Shown: piece by piece, positions 1 to 9,953 of the stretch
How the letters are laid out: each line of letters opens with the position of its first letter
How positions within the stretch are numbered: position 1 is the stretch's first letter
Assembly (NCBI GenBank): GCA_031276195.1
Contig: JAISNN010000077.1
Coordinates: forward strand, 5,165 to 69,164
Source of the DNA: Clostridiales bacterium
GTDB taxonomy: Bacteria; Bacillota; Clostridia; Christensenellales; JAISNN01
Direction: 5' to 3'
Length of the DNA stretch: 64,000 bases
Position numbers and translations under genes: made by a program
The notes under the pieces: model-generated
The model's input: only the letters and a program-made list of their open reading frames with translations
Told to the model about the DNA's origin: nothing
Databases searched by the model: none

Positions 1-88
1 CATAAAACATAACTACCGCAAAAAACGGAATCAGCAAAATACGAAAAATCGTAATAATATTCGGAACGGTAAAGACCTTATTTTTCAT
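1..88 (-). CDS. CDP-alcohol phosphatidyltransferase family protein (PgsA-like), N-terminal fragment; gene continues past the window start
   Basis: revcomp of 1-88 reads MKNKVFTVPNIITIFRILLIPFFAVVMFY, the typical N-terminus of CDP-alcohol phosphatidyltransferases; ATG at 86-88; absent from the ORF track because it is truncated. Confidence 0.45.
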   Translation of the reverse strand, partial: MKNKVFTVPNIITIFRILLIPFFAVVMFY

Positions 89-99
89 AGTTTCCCTCT

Positions 100-790
100 C
101 TTTTTTTTAACCAAGTTTTTCCTTTTTTAAATTTTTTCGTATACCTTTTTAAGCGTTCTTTGAATCTTTTTCCGTATACCTTGTCCGGAGTTTTTAAAAC
201 CATTTTTTTACATTTTTAACGCGTTTCCATTCGGCTTTCTTACCATTTTTTTACATTTCCATTTGGCTTTCTTGACCACTTTTTTACATTTTTATTCGGC
301 TTTTAAAGCCGTTTTTTACAATTTTCCGGCCCTTTTTTAAGCCTTTTTTGGGTATTTTTAGCCCTTTTTTGAGCGTTTTTTGAGCGTTTTTTGAGCCTTT
401 TTCAGCCGTTTTTTGAGCCTTTTTCAGCCGTTTTTAAGCCTTTTTTCGGATGTTTTTAGCCGTTTTTTGAGCGTTTTTCAGCCGTTTTTCAAGCCTTTAT
501 AAGTCTTTTTTCGGGTGTTTTCAGCCCTTTTTTAAGCCTTTTTTGGGGTATTTTCAGCCGTTTTTCAAGCCTTTATAAGCCTTTTTTCGGGTGTTTTCAG
601 CCCTTTTTTGAGCCTTTTTTGAGCGTTTTTAAGCCTTTTTTAGCCCTTTTTCAGCCGTTTTTCAAGCCTTTTTTCGGGCGTTTTTAGCCCTTTTTTGTAT
701 GTTTTTTAGCCGTTTTTTATATCTTATTTGACCGTTTTTTATATGTCATTTAACCATTTTTTGTATTTTTTAAATACATTTTTTGGGTAT
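100..790. repeat. degenerate T-rich tandem repeat block (units such as AGCCGTTTTTTGAGCCTTTTTC / CAGCCGTTTTTCAAGCCTTTATAAGCC)
   Basis: visible periodic recurrence of near-identical units across about 700 bp; ORFs inside (728..955 +) are repeat-encoded and implausible. Confidence 0.7.
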
Positions 791-799
791 TTTCCGGCT

Positions 800-1255
800 T
801 TAAAGGAGCGTTTCTTTTCGGCTTTTCTTATATATGCGCACCAAATAATTGATCGCGTATTCATAGCCCTCGATGCCGAGTCCCGAAACGATTCCGACGC
901 AAATCGGCGAAAGCACGGAATGTTTTCTGAATTCTTCGCGTTTAAAAATGTTTGAGATATGAACCTCGACGGCGGGCAAATCGGCATACTTCACCGCGTC
1001 GTAAAGCGCGTAACTATAATGCGTCAGCGCGCCGCCGTTGACGACCAACCCGTCGAAAACGCCCTTCGCCTCCTGGATTTTCGAGACGATTTCGCCCTCG
1101 CTGTTGCTTTGAAAGATTTCGACGTAAGCGTCCGCCTCCTCGGCGGATTTTTTGATTCGGGAGCAAAGCGCGGCGTAAGTAACCGTTCCGTATATGCTCG
1201 GCTCGCGTTTCCCGATAACGTTCAAATTCGGACCGTTAATGACGAGAATTTTCAT
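800..1255 (-). CDS. aroQ: 3-dehydroquinate dehydratase, type II
   Basis: 151 aa; MKILVINGPNLN...HISNI...R.HS motifs of type II dehydroquinase; RBS AGAGGGA 6 nt upstream of ATG. Confidence 0.9.
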   Translation of the reverse strand: MKILVINGPNLNVIGKREPSIYGTVTYAALCSRIKKSAEEADAYVEIFQSNSEGEIVSKIQEAKGVFDGLVVNGGALTHYSYALYDAVKYADLPAVEVHISNIFKREEFRKHSVLSPICVGIVSGLGIEGYEYAINYLVRIYKKSRKETLL

Positions 1256-1645
1256 AGCGTTTCCCTCTTTTTTTATTTTTATTCGGTGTCTTAAACTCCG
1301 TATTTACGTTTTTTAAAAAGCCTTTTTTGTATTTCTTTTTAAAGATTTTCAAGGCGTTTTTATAAATTTTCAAACTCTTTCCAAGTCTTTTTACGGCGTT
1401 TTCAAAGCCTTTTTTCAAATGATATTTTAAAGAATCTTTTATTCCAAATTACGCTTATTAGCGTAATTTAAAGCCTCTTTTTATCGCGTTTTCACGGTGT
1501 TTTCAAAGCCTTTTTTCAAATGATATTTTAAAGAATCTTTTATTCCAAATTCCGTTTATCGGCGTACTTTTAAGCCTCTTTTTATCGCGTTTTCACGGCG
1601 TTTTTAAGCGTTTTTAAGCCTTTTTTATTCCAAATCACGCTATTT

Positions 1646-2647
1646 TCAGTCTTTCAATCCCGTCTGAAAATTCCAGCCGTCCGCGAACATATCCTTCAAA
1701 TTTTTCTTCGCCTCAAATCCGATTTCGCGTTTTGCAAGCGACGTATCGGCGTAGCATTCGTCGATATCGCCCGGGCGGCGTCCGACGGTTTTATACGGCA
1801 GTTCCCTGCCCAAGACCGACGAAAAGACCTTGACCATTTCAAGCACGCTGTAACCTACGCCCGTCCCCAAATTATACGTAACGATACCCGGATTTTCTTC
1901 GAGTTTTTTCAGGGCGAGGAGGTGTCCTTCCGCCAGATCGACGACGTGGATATAGTCGCGCACGCCCGTTCCGTCCTTCGTTTTGTAGTCGCCGCCGAAC
2001 ACCCTCAAATATTCGAGTTTTCCCGCCGCGACTTGCATCATATACGGAACGAGATTGTTCGGAATTCCGTTCGGGTTTTCGCCGATCAATCCGCTTTTGT
2101 GCGCGCCGACGGGATTAAAATATCTCAAAATCGCGATATTAAAGGAGTTGTCCGAAGTATAGAGGTCTCTCAAAATGTTTTCGATCGCGAGTTTCGTCGC
2201 GCCGTAGGGGTTTGTCGCCGACAGCGGAAAGTCCTCTCTGATCGGGACGCTCGCGGGCTTGCCGTAGACGGTGGCGGACGAACTGAAAACGAAATTTTTG
2301 ACGCCGTTTTCCTTGATTGCGTCGAGCAGATTGAGTGTTCCGACGACGTTGTTGCGGTAGTATTTCAACGGGACGGCGACGGATTCGCCGACGGCTTTTA
2401 AGCCCGCGAAATGGATGACCGCGTTCGGTTTTTCCTTTTTGAAAACCGCGTCTAACGCCTCCGCATCTATCAAATCGACCTTATAAAAGGCGGGCTTAAC
2501 GCCCGTTATTTCCTTGATTTTGTCCAAAACGTCCTCTTTGCTGTTCGACAAATTGTCGACGATCGCGACCTCTTGACCGCTTTCGATCAGGCGGACGACG
2601 GTATGGCTTCCGATGTATCCCGTTCCGCCCGTAACTAAAATTTTCAT
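1646..2647 (-). CDS. galE: UDP-glucose 4-epimerase
   Basis: 333 aa; N-terminal GGTGYIGSH Rossmann motif, YxxxK active site, full-length GalE similarity; RBS GGAGG. Confidence 0.9.
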   Translation of the reverse strand: MKILVTGGTGYIGSHTVVRLIESGQEVAIVDNLSNSKEDVLDKIKEITGVKPAFYKVDLIDAEALDAVFKKEKPNAVIHFAGLKAVGESVAVPLKYYRNNVVGTLNLLDAIKENGVKNFVFSSSATVYGKPASVPIREDFPLSATNPYGATKLAIENILRDLYTSDNSFNIAILRYFNPVGAHKSGLIGENPNGIPNNLVPYMMQVAAGKLEYLRVFGGDYKTKDGTGVRDYIHVVDLAEGHLLALKKLEENPGIVTYNLGTGVGYSVLEMVKVFSSVLGRELPYKTVGRRPGDIDECYADTSLAKREIGFEAKKNLKDMFADGWNFQTGLKD

Positions 2648-2789
2648 ATATACGACCTCCGATTTGTATTATTTTTTTAGTTTTTTTGTTTTTTAGTTTT
2701 TAGTTTTTTTTATGCGGGAGAAAACTTTTTCGTAAAAAGTTTTCTCCCGCGCCCTCTTTCAAAAACTTTTAATTAAATTAAAACACTTA

Positions 2790-3235
2790 GAGTTTTTATA
2801 GAATACTCCGATTTTGTTTTTTAGAATGCTTCGGATTTTGCGTGATTTCCCGTCTTTTGGAACGCTTTTAATACCGCTTTCATATTTTTTAGAATACTTC
2901 GCGTTTTATAAAATAGTCCGACTTTGTTTTTTAGAATACTTCGGATTTTGTGTGATTTCCCGTCTTTTGGAACGATTTTAATACCGCTTTCATATTTTTT
3001 AGAATACTTCGCGTTTTATAAAATAGTCCGACTTTGTTTTATAGAATACTTCGGATTTTGCGTGATTTCCCGTCTTTTGGAACGATTTTAATGCCGATTT
3101 CATATTTTTTAGAATACTTAGAGTTTTTATAAAATACTCCGACTTTGTTTTATAGAATACTTCGGATTTTGTGTGATTCCCCGTCTTTTGGAACGCTTTT
3201 AACCCCGGATTTATATTTTTCGGAATATTTCTAAC
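2790..3235. repeat. about 117-bp tandem repeat, about 3.7 copies, upstream of galE
   Basis: unit TAGAATACTTCGCGTTTTATAAAATAGTCCGACTTTGTTTT...TTTGGAACGATTTTAATACCGCTTTCATATTTTT recurs at about 2889, 3001, 3113. Confidence 0.8.
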
Positions 3236-3241
3236 GGCGGA

Positions 3242-4381
3242 TTATTTATCCCCTATCCCGTGTTTTTCAAAAATTCTATCCAAAATCTCTTTTATTTTTC
3301 CTTCGTTTTTTTCCATATCGGCGGCGAGTTTATACTGCGTTCGCGCCCTGTCGAGATTGTGTTCGGGGCGTTTAGTTTTGAAATAGTTATCCCCGTCCAA
3401 ATAGTCCGTCAAAAATCTCATTCCGCATTCAAAGGTCATCAAAAAGGGCGCGAACCCGAGCAGTTCTCTCTCCGTTTTGGTCATCAGCCGTCCCGCTTCC
3501 CCTATATATCCGTCGGCGTAAGTCTCGAAAAGACCGAGATCAAAATTGACTTTATTTAAATCTTTTTCGTCCTCCGCGCCCGTATTGCACCCCGAACGGA
3601 TCGAGTCGCCGAAATCGTATAAAAGCGACCCCGGCATAACGGTATCGAGGTCGATGACGGCGGCGGCGGTCTCCGTTTCGTCGTCGATCATAACGTTGTT
3701 TAACTTTGTGTCGTTGTGCGTAACTCTTAGCGGAATGAGTTTTGAATCCAAAGCGCGAACGATTTTTCCGGCGCAAGCGCGCCTTTTCAAAGTGAATTCA
3801 ATCTCGTTATCCGCCGACGCGGCGCGGCGCGCCCGATCGGAATTCAGAGCGTCCGAAAAGGCTTGAAACCGCTTTTCCGTATTGTGAAAATCGGGTATGG
3901 ATTCATAGAGTTTCGACGCGTCGAAGTCGTTTAAAAGCACGGCGAACCTGCCGAACGCCCTCCCCGCTTCAAAAAAATGCGCGGGTTTTTCGACGCTTTG
4001 ATAGGCGGTTGCCCCGCCGATAAAGACGAAAGCGCGGAAAAATTCCCCCTCCGCCTCTACGAACGACTTGCCCGTCCGCGTAAAAATCAAGGTCAGCGCG
4101 CCGCGCGAAGGGTCGCCGCCGCTCTCCGAAACGCGCCGTCCCAAAAACTCCGTAACAAGTTCAAAATTCCGCATAAGCATAGGAACGTTTTTAAAAACCG
4201 CGGCGTTGATCCTTTGGATAATGTATTTCATTTCGTCCGCGCCGCGCCGAAAAGACGCCAAAAACGTGTCGTTTATGTGTCCGTTCCCGTAAGGGATATA
4301 GCCCGAAAACTCCCCGTCGAAGGAAAATTCACTCAAAATTTTATCCAGCCGCTCTCCGCTTATATTGTCCCTTTCCGCCAT
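3242..4381 (-). CDS. nahK: N-acetylhexosamine 1-kinase-like phosphotransferase (APH/NahK family)
   Basis: 379 aa; motifs YGNGHINDT, MRNFELVT, VTHNDTKLNNVM, IDLDTVMPGS, DFGDSIR, ECGMRFL, PEHNL match the NahK/APH-fold kinase family; adjacent to galE as in GNB/LNB loci. Confidence 0.65.
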   Translation of the reverse strand: MAERDNISGERLDKILSEFSFDGEFSGYIPYGNGHINDTFLASFRRGADEMKYIIQRINAAVFKNVPMLMRNFELVTEFLGRRVSESGGDPSRGALTLIFTRTGKSFVEAEGEFFRAFVFIGGATAYQSVEKPAHFFEAGRAFGRFAVLLNDFDASKLYESIPDFHNTEKRFQAFSDALNSDRARRAASADNEIEFTLKRRACAGKIVRALDSKLIPLRVTHNDTKLNNVMIDDETETAAAVIDLDTVMPGSLLYDFGDSIRSGCNTGAEDEKDLNKVNFDLGLFETYADGYIGEAGRLMTKTERELLGFAPFLMTFECGMRFLTDYLDGDNYFKTKRPEHNLDRARTQYKLAADMEKNEGKIKEILDRIFEKHGIGDK

Positions 4382-4552
4382 TAAATTTTTCCTTATAGAA
4401 TTCTTTTTTTAATTCCCAACGATTACGCTTTTTTGTCTGATTTTTTTTAGAATTCCCAACGATTTTGTTTTTTCTTTATCGATTTCTTTTTCCGATAGTT
4501 TTAAAATTATGCGATAAAGCGGTAGTTACCGTAAATTCCATTCCTTATATTC

Positions 4553-4589
4553 CCCTCCGTGGGAGGGGATCTAAGGGGTGGGGCGACCG
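4553..4589. repeat. short palindromic interspersed element (CCCCTCCGTGGGAGGGG-N6-GGGGTGGGGCGA)
   Basis: 7-bp stem / 3-nt loop GC hairpin followed by GGGGTGGGGCGACCGATT; same element at 37834, 41496 (inverted), 53388, 53489, 53609, 61994 and within the long forms at 61529 and 63426. Confidence 0.85.
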
Positions 4590-4985
4590 ATTTGGGCTTA
4601 TACTAATTTTTATCACACCTTTTTAGAACCGCCTTTTTTTTAACGCCCAACGATTCCGCTTTTTTTGTCAAATTCTTTTTTATCGATTTTTTTTAAGATT
4701 TTTTATCTTTTTTTACAATTCTTTACCCTTTTTACAATTCTTTACCTTTCTTTCCGCCGAACGTCTTTTTTTGACTCTTTCGCCGCCGTCTTGAATGCAA
4801 ACCGATAAAAATTATACTCCGAAACTCACCTATGGTACATTATACAACAAATTCAAAACAAAATCAAGAGAACAAACGATATAAAAAACGAAAATCACGG
4901 CATATATCCGTGTATATTATGCCGCCGCGGGTTTTAGACGGCGGATATACATTAGTATAAAATAAAAAAAATATATCGGGGATTA

Positions 4986-5014
4986 TTGACATTGGCAAAA
5001 ATTCATTATATAAT
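4986..5014 (+). promoter_or_regulatory. consensus sigma70-type promoter TTGACA-17-TATAAT
   Basis: TTGACA at 4986-4991, 17-nt spacer, TATAAT at 5009-5014, about 43 nt upstream of the 5057 ATG. Confidence 0.6.
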
Positions 5015-5056
5015 ATATCCGAAATCTATATTGATAAGGAATAAAGGGATAAAATT

Positions 5057-5917
5057 ATGAAAAAATATTACGCGCCCTTAAAACCGTATTACGTCATCCC
5101 CAGACCTCACCTCTTTTTTAAGACGGCGTTCGCAATCGGCGGACTCTTTATGACGCCGAAAGTCATTCTCTCCGAAGAACTCCCCGACGAACCCGTCATC
5201 TTTATGTCGAATCACGCTTTCGATTACGGACCGCGCGCAATGCTTTTCGTCCAAAAGGTCATAAAAAGGAAATTCAGAATGTGGTCGAACGCGAACGCGG
5301 TAACCGCGAAAACCGCCCCCGACCAAATGATGAAAACCACCTTTCCGAACGTCAAAAAACCTCTGCGCTATCTCGCGCGCCTATTCACATACATCGCGGG
5401 ACCGGTCATCGGCTTGTCGTTTAAAGCGGCGGGCATTATTCCCGTATACCGCGATATGCGCGTAAAGACGACCTACACAAAGACTTTCGAGACCTTAAAG
5501 GCGGGCTACGACGTCGTGATATTCCCCGACTCCGTAATCCCCGACCCCGATAACCCCTACCTCGACAAGGTTCAAAAAGGCGCGTTCAAGACTTTCGATA
5601 TGTGCCGCCGCTTTTTGGACAAAGTGCCGAAACTCTACCCCGTCTACGCTTGCAAACCCCTAAAAACCGTCTGCATCGGAAAAGGCTTCACTTTCGATAC
5701 CTCGATCCCCGTCGCCGAAGCCGAAGAAAAACTCGAAAAAGCCTTGTCGGACGAAATTAAACGCCTCGCGCTCTCCTTGCCGCCGCATAAAATCATTCAC
5801 TCGAATTCCATACCGAAGGATTTGGCGTCCGTCAAAAAATACTTGACCTACAACGAAGAAAAAATTTACTCGAAACTCGACGAAATAAACGCCGCGAAAG
5901 CCGAAAGCCCGAAATGA
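5057..5917 (+). CDS. lysophospholipid/glycerol-3-phosphate acyltransferase family protein (PlsC-like)
   Basis: 286 aa; HX4D acyltransferase motif (SNHAFDYGP); FPDSV..P second motif; RBS AAGGGA 7 nt upstream. Confidence 0.6.
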   Translation: MKKYYAPLKPYYVIPRPHLFFKTAFAIGGLFMTPKVILSEELPDEPVIFMSNHAFDYGPRAMLFVQKVIKRKFRMWSNANAVTAKTAPDQMMKTTFPNVKKPLRYLARLFTYIAGPVIGLSFKAAGIIPVYRDMRVKTTYTKTFETLKAGYDVVIFPDSVIPDPDNPYLDKVQKGAFKTFDMCRRFLDKVPKLYPVYACKPLKTVCIGKGFTFDTSIPVAEAEEKLEKALSDEIKRLALSLPPHKIIHSNSIPKDLASVKKYLTYNEEKIYSKLDEINAAKAESPK

Positions 5918-5944
5918 TTATAAAATTATGGAATACGAGGGGGA

Positions 5945-6000
5945 AAAACTTTTCCGTAAACAAAGATTTTTCCCCTCGCCCCTTTTCAAAAACTTTTAGA
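5945..6000 (+). terminator. palindromic terminator-like element (GGGGGAAAAACTTTTCC...GGAAAAATCTTTGTTT-family) after the acyltransferase gene
   Basis: long inverted repeat GAGGGGGAAAAACTTTTCCGTAAACAAAGATTTTTCCCCTCGCCCC followed by TTTTCAAAAACTTTTAG; member of a recurrent family (2704, 39539, 41660, 59886, 63649). Confidence 0.5.
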
Positions 6001-6318
6001 ATGCGTTCGCATAAGCGAAAACGAGAGAATTTTAGACGGTTTTTGTTCTTTTTAAGGCGTTTTTGACGCGGCATAGGAGCGGTTTTAAATCAAACGTACT
6101 TTTGATTTAAAAGTTTAACCGCTATATTAAGCGATTAAATAAATAAGTAAACCTTGCGAAAATAATCTACGCAAGGTTTTTTAATTACTCAAAACTTCCG
6201 TATGCAATTTTGCCCGTCCGCTAATTGCAATCCGTAATCAAAAAGCGCGAATACGGCAAACGAAACCGCCGCGGTCAGGGATAGCGTATAAGCGTATATC
6301 TGCCGCATATTATGCCGC

Positions 6319-6990
6319 TTATACCGCGCTTACCCGTTTAGAAAGCGCGAATACGGCAAGCGAAACCGCCGCGGTCAGTAATGCGATACAATAGAATACG
6401 GCGGAGAGCCCGAAACTTTCGGCAAGCAATTTCAGCAAAAAATAGGCGCAGACGGCGGCGGCAATCCCCAAGCCGAAAAGACCCGCAACGGGTCTTAAAT
6501 CTTTTGACAAAACCGTGTATCGTTTCAGATGATAGACGGCTATGCCGCCCGAAAGTCCGACAAGAACCGCCTTGACGACGAAATTTAAAAGCCCGGCAAA
6601 ATTTTGAACCGTTCTTTGCGACGTCGCGTCGAACATAATCGACTTTTGAAGGACTTCCGCAAAAAATTGAACGATCGGATTATAGAGAACGGCGCGCATA
6701 TTAAACGCGGTGATCGAAGCGTAAAGCGCGAAAACCGCCCCCGAAACAAAAAGCCACGCCGCGCCGCGCGCCGCCTTGAAACGGCGAACGAAAAAAAGCG
6801 CGGCGAAAGGCAAAAAAATCGGGATATAAATATAGAATTCACCGATTCCTTGCGTCATCTCACGCGGCGCGGATACCTCGCCGAGAAAGGCGCCGCCGAA
6901 AAAAAACAAAGCGGTCAAACCCGCCGACGCGGCGCATATTCCGAGCGCGGCGGGCAAAAAAGCCGCGTTTTTTAATTTTTTTCTTTCCAT
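6319..6990 (-). CDS. hypothetical polytopic membrane protein
   Basis: 223 aa, about 6 hydrophobic helices, no recognisable catalytic motif. Confidence 0.5.
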   Translation of the reverse strand: MERKKLKNAAFLPAALGICAASAGLTALFFFGGAFLGEVSAPREMTQGIGEFYIYIPIFLPFAALFFVRRFKAARGAAWLFVSGAVFALYASITAFNMRAVLYNPIVQFFAEVLQKSIMFDATSQRTVQNFAGLLNFVVKAVLVGLSGGIAVYHLKRYTVLSKDLRPVAGLFGLGIAAAVCAYFLLKLLAESFGLSAVFYCIALLTAAVSLAVFALSKRVSAV

Positions 6991-7240
6991 AAGATATGTT
7001 CCTTCCGGCTGTAAAATTTAAATTCCTCTCGATTCCGTAGACTTTCCGCGCTTTCTTTGCTCGCCTATAAGCGTTCGGCTTTTATATTTTACATAAATTT
7101 CGTATTCGCTTTACGTCTTTATAAGCCTTTAAATTCCTCTCGGTTCCGTAGCCTTTCCGTATTTATTCTATCGCGCCGTAAGTCTTGAATTTCTCAAAAA
7201 CGGCGATAAATTCCTCAAAAATCTCCCGCAAATCCGCCCG

Positions 7241-8683
7241 TTAAATCATTCTCTCCTCTTTCGCCCGCACAATCGCCTTCAAAAGCGAATATTCATTCCC
7301 GCTGTCAACGTCCGCGCCGATTTCCCAGCAAAAAACGCCGCTAAGACCGCTGTGAATCGCATACGCGGTTTTGTCGTAAATCAATTGAGGGCTGTTGAAC
7401 GCGCAAACCTCGCCCGTCGCGCCGTTTATAAGGCGGTTGTCAAAATAATTTTCACGGCGAAAAACGGGATTCCCGAAACCTATCTGCCTTGTAACCGCGT
7501 TTACGGGCGTGCCGTAGAACGGCATTCCGAGAACGATTTTTTCACGCGGAAAGCCTAAGTCCAAAAAGTAATTTACGGGCTGCAATACGCCCGAAAGAAA
7601 CGATCCGCCGTTTCCGTCTTGGTCGTATTGGTCGTAGCCCATAAGGTTCACATAATCGATCGCCACGCGCGCCTCTTCGCCGAACAGGCTCTGCCCCCAA
7701 CCGTACAACGCCAAAGATAACTTTATATTCCGCGCCGCAAACTCCGCCTTTACGTCCGTGATGTACGCGCTGAACAAACGGAAATCTTCCTCGCCCACCG
7801 GAAATTCCCAATTAAAATCTATCCCGTCCGCGCCGTATTTTTCGGCGAGTTCCGCGATATTGACGATCGACGCGCCGCGCGCCTTCGATTTAAGCAAAGC
7901 CGTCTCCACACCCGAAACGGTAATGAAAACCTCGTGACGCTTGTTCAACAAAACGGACTGCGCGTGAATTGCATCCGTCGTGATTTTTAATTCGCTTTCG
8001 CCGTTTTCCGATATGCGCTCGACGGCTGTTCCGTCCTCCGGATTCATTTTTACGCCGCTTATAACCGTGAAACGGTCGTAACCCGAAAAAATTCCGTAGT
8101 CGAACGGCTCGCCTTTTATGACGTTCTTGGGGATTCGACCGCTGATAAGATATCCCGCGGCGGTAAATCCGCCCGGCTTTTTCGGGACGTTAAACGCCTC
8201 GCATTCGATGAGTCTCGGGATAGCGATAGAATCGGTGATTTCAATTTTCAGTTTGGAAGACGTAACGGGCGAAAAGGCGAGATAGCGGTAGTCCTCAATC
8301 TTGTCCTGCCTCAAAAGAAAACGGTATTCCCCCTCCGCGTCCAAATAAAAAACCGAAAATTCCTTGACGTTAAAGCCCTTTTCACGCAAAATGACCGTGT
8401 TGAATACCGCGGGTTCGCCGAGATCGACGACGACGGAACCGGTTTTCGCGCGCATCGTGATATAAGTGGAATAATCTCCGTCCGTAAACAATCCGGGACT
8501 TCGCGCGGCGGCTTCCACCCGCTTTCCGCGCGCGAGATTTTCCGCGGACGTGTGGACGCTTTCACGGGTATAACCGACGTTTTCGCCGGCGTACGCGGCG
8601 AAAAATATAAGCGAAACAATGATTGCGGCGGCGGCAAAGCCGCATAAAATATAACGCGCTCTTTTCATACGGACATTATACAT
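7241..8683 (-). CDS. secreted glycoside hydrolase family 18-like protein with N-terminal discoidin (F5/8 type C)-like domain
   Basis: N-terminal signal/anchor; central beta-sandwich-like region; C-terminal TIM barrel with YGADGIDFNWEFP (variant of the GH18 DxxDxDxE motif, D-to-N at the third acidic position), MGYDQY, and CWEIG motifs; the start is uncertain (TTG 8686, ATG 8683, ATG 8667). Confidence 0.65.
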   Translation of the reverse strand: MYNVRMKRARYILCGFAAAAIIVSLIFFAAYAGENVGYTRESVHTSAENLARGKRVEAAARSPGLFTDGDYSTYITMRAKTGSVVVDLGEPAVFNTVILREKGFNVKEFSVFYLDAEGEYRFLLRQDKIEDYRYLAFSPVTSSKLKIEITDSIAIPRLIECEAFNVPKKPGGFTAAGYLISGRIPKNVIKGEPFDYGIFSGYDRFTVISGVKMNPEDGTAVERISENGESELKITTDAIHAQSVLLNKRHEVFITVSGVETALLKSKARGASIVNIAELAEKYGADGIDFNWEFPVGEEDFRLFSAYITDVKAEFAARNIKLSLALYGWGQSLFGEEARVAIDYVNLMGYDQYDQDGNGGSFLSGVLQPVNYFLDLGFPREKIVLGMPFYGTPVNAVTRQIGFGNPVFRRENYFDNRLINGATGEVCAFNSPQLIYDKTAYAIHSGLSGVFCWEIGADVDSGNEYSLLKAIVRAKEERMI

Positions 8684-9028
8684 CAATAAATCCCGAAAGT
8701 CAATACGTTCTTGATTTTTTTCTCCCGCTTTTTGCCGCCGATTCTCTAAGCATCTCCGCTTTTATTATTTTTTGCCGCTTATCGCCTGCCGCTTTTTGCC
8801 GCCGTTTATCGCCGCCTACATTTTTATTACTTTTTGCCCCTGCTTTTTACCGCCGTTTTTTACCGTCGCTTTTTGCCGCCGCCGGGCAGTGATTCCGCAC
8901 TTAAAAATACTTTGAACAATCCCCTTTCGATTTAAATAAACGCCGGAATTTTTATAAATGCCGGCGTTTTGTTATTTATTATTTATTCGCATTTTGTCTT
9001 TCCGATTTAAACGCGGAATTCTATAATT

Positions 9029-9610
9029 TCATTGTCTTAACCGCTCCTTGACCGCTTGTTCGCAGGATCGCATAGCGAGTATCGTTTTGCTTAGAAGCGT
9101 ATCTAATTCCCATCCGAGCATCCGCGCCCCTTTTTCGATAACGTCGCGGCTGCAACCCGCCGCAAATTTCCTGTCCTTATATTTCTTTTTCAACGACGAA
9201 AGTTCCATATCCGTAACGCTCCCCGACGGGCGCATTCTCGCCGCCGCGCCGATAAGCCCCGTCAATTCATCGACGGCGAACAATACCTTCTCCATTTGAC
9301 TAACGGGCTCGACGTCGACGGTCAACCCGTACCCGTGGCTGCAAACGGCGCGTATAATACCGTCGTCTACGCCCGCCGCCTTTAACAATTCCGGGGCTTT
9401 TTTGCAGTGTTCTTGCGGATACATCTCAAAATCAATATCGTGCAACAACCCCGCGATACCCCAATAATCAACCTCCCCGCCGAAACCTAAATCGACGGCA
9501 AACCACTTCATCACGCCCGAAACCGTCAAGCCGTGATAAATAAGATATTCGCTTTCGTTGTACTTTTTCAGCAAGTCTAACGCCGCCCGCTCCGATATTA
9601 ATCCGCCCAT
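9029..9610 (-). CDS. HD/HDIG-domain phosphohydrolase
   Basis: 193 aa; H..GLLHDID metal-binding motif and downstream D of the HD superfamily. Confidence 0.6.
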   Translation of the reverse strand: MGGLISERAALDLLKKYNESEYLIYHGLTVSGVMKWFAVDLGFGGEVDYWGIAGLLHDIDFEMYPQEHCKKAPELLKAAGVDDGIIRAVCSHGYGLTVDVEPVSQMEKVLFAVDELTGLIGAAARMRPSGSVTDMELSSLKKKYKDRKFAAGCSRDVIEKGARMLGWELDTLLSKTILAMRSCEQAVKERLRQ

Positions 9611-9639
9611 AATTTCTCTTCATAATCTCCCCGTTATTA

Positions 9640-9715
9640 TTTGTCCGCCGTTATTATTTATCCGCCGTTATTATTTGTCCGCCGTTATTATCTGTCCGCC
9701 GTTGCTAAACGGCGG
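9640..9715. repeat. 16-bp tandem repeat (TCCGCCGTTATTATTT) x about 5 ending in a GC hairpin
   Basis: direct visual periodicity. Confidence 0.7.
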
Positions 9716-9953
9716 TTTTACAAGATACACGCGCAAATTTAATTTGTCTTTTTAGAGATATTTCTTGCGGAAATCATTCGCTTTTGCTCTTTCGTTCCGC
9801 GACTTTCTTGTTTATTTCGCCGATATTCCCGCACGCGCCGCGTAAAATACGAAAGCATTTGTCCGTTGACGAAGTTATTTCACAAAAAAACGATATACAG
9901 ACCCGCGCCGCGTAAAATACAAAAAACTTGCGGTTTGCGCCGACCGCGGTATG

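Noticed and set aside
728-1294. Small ORFs 728..955(+), 739..987(-), 959..1294(+) overlapping aroQ and the repeat block
   Set aside because: They overlap the confidently assigned aroQ on the opposite strand or are encoded by tandem repeats, and none has an RBS.
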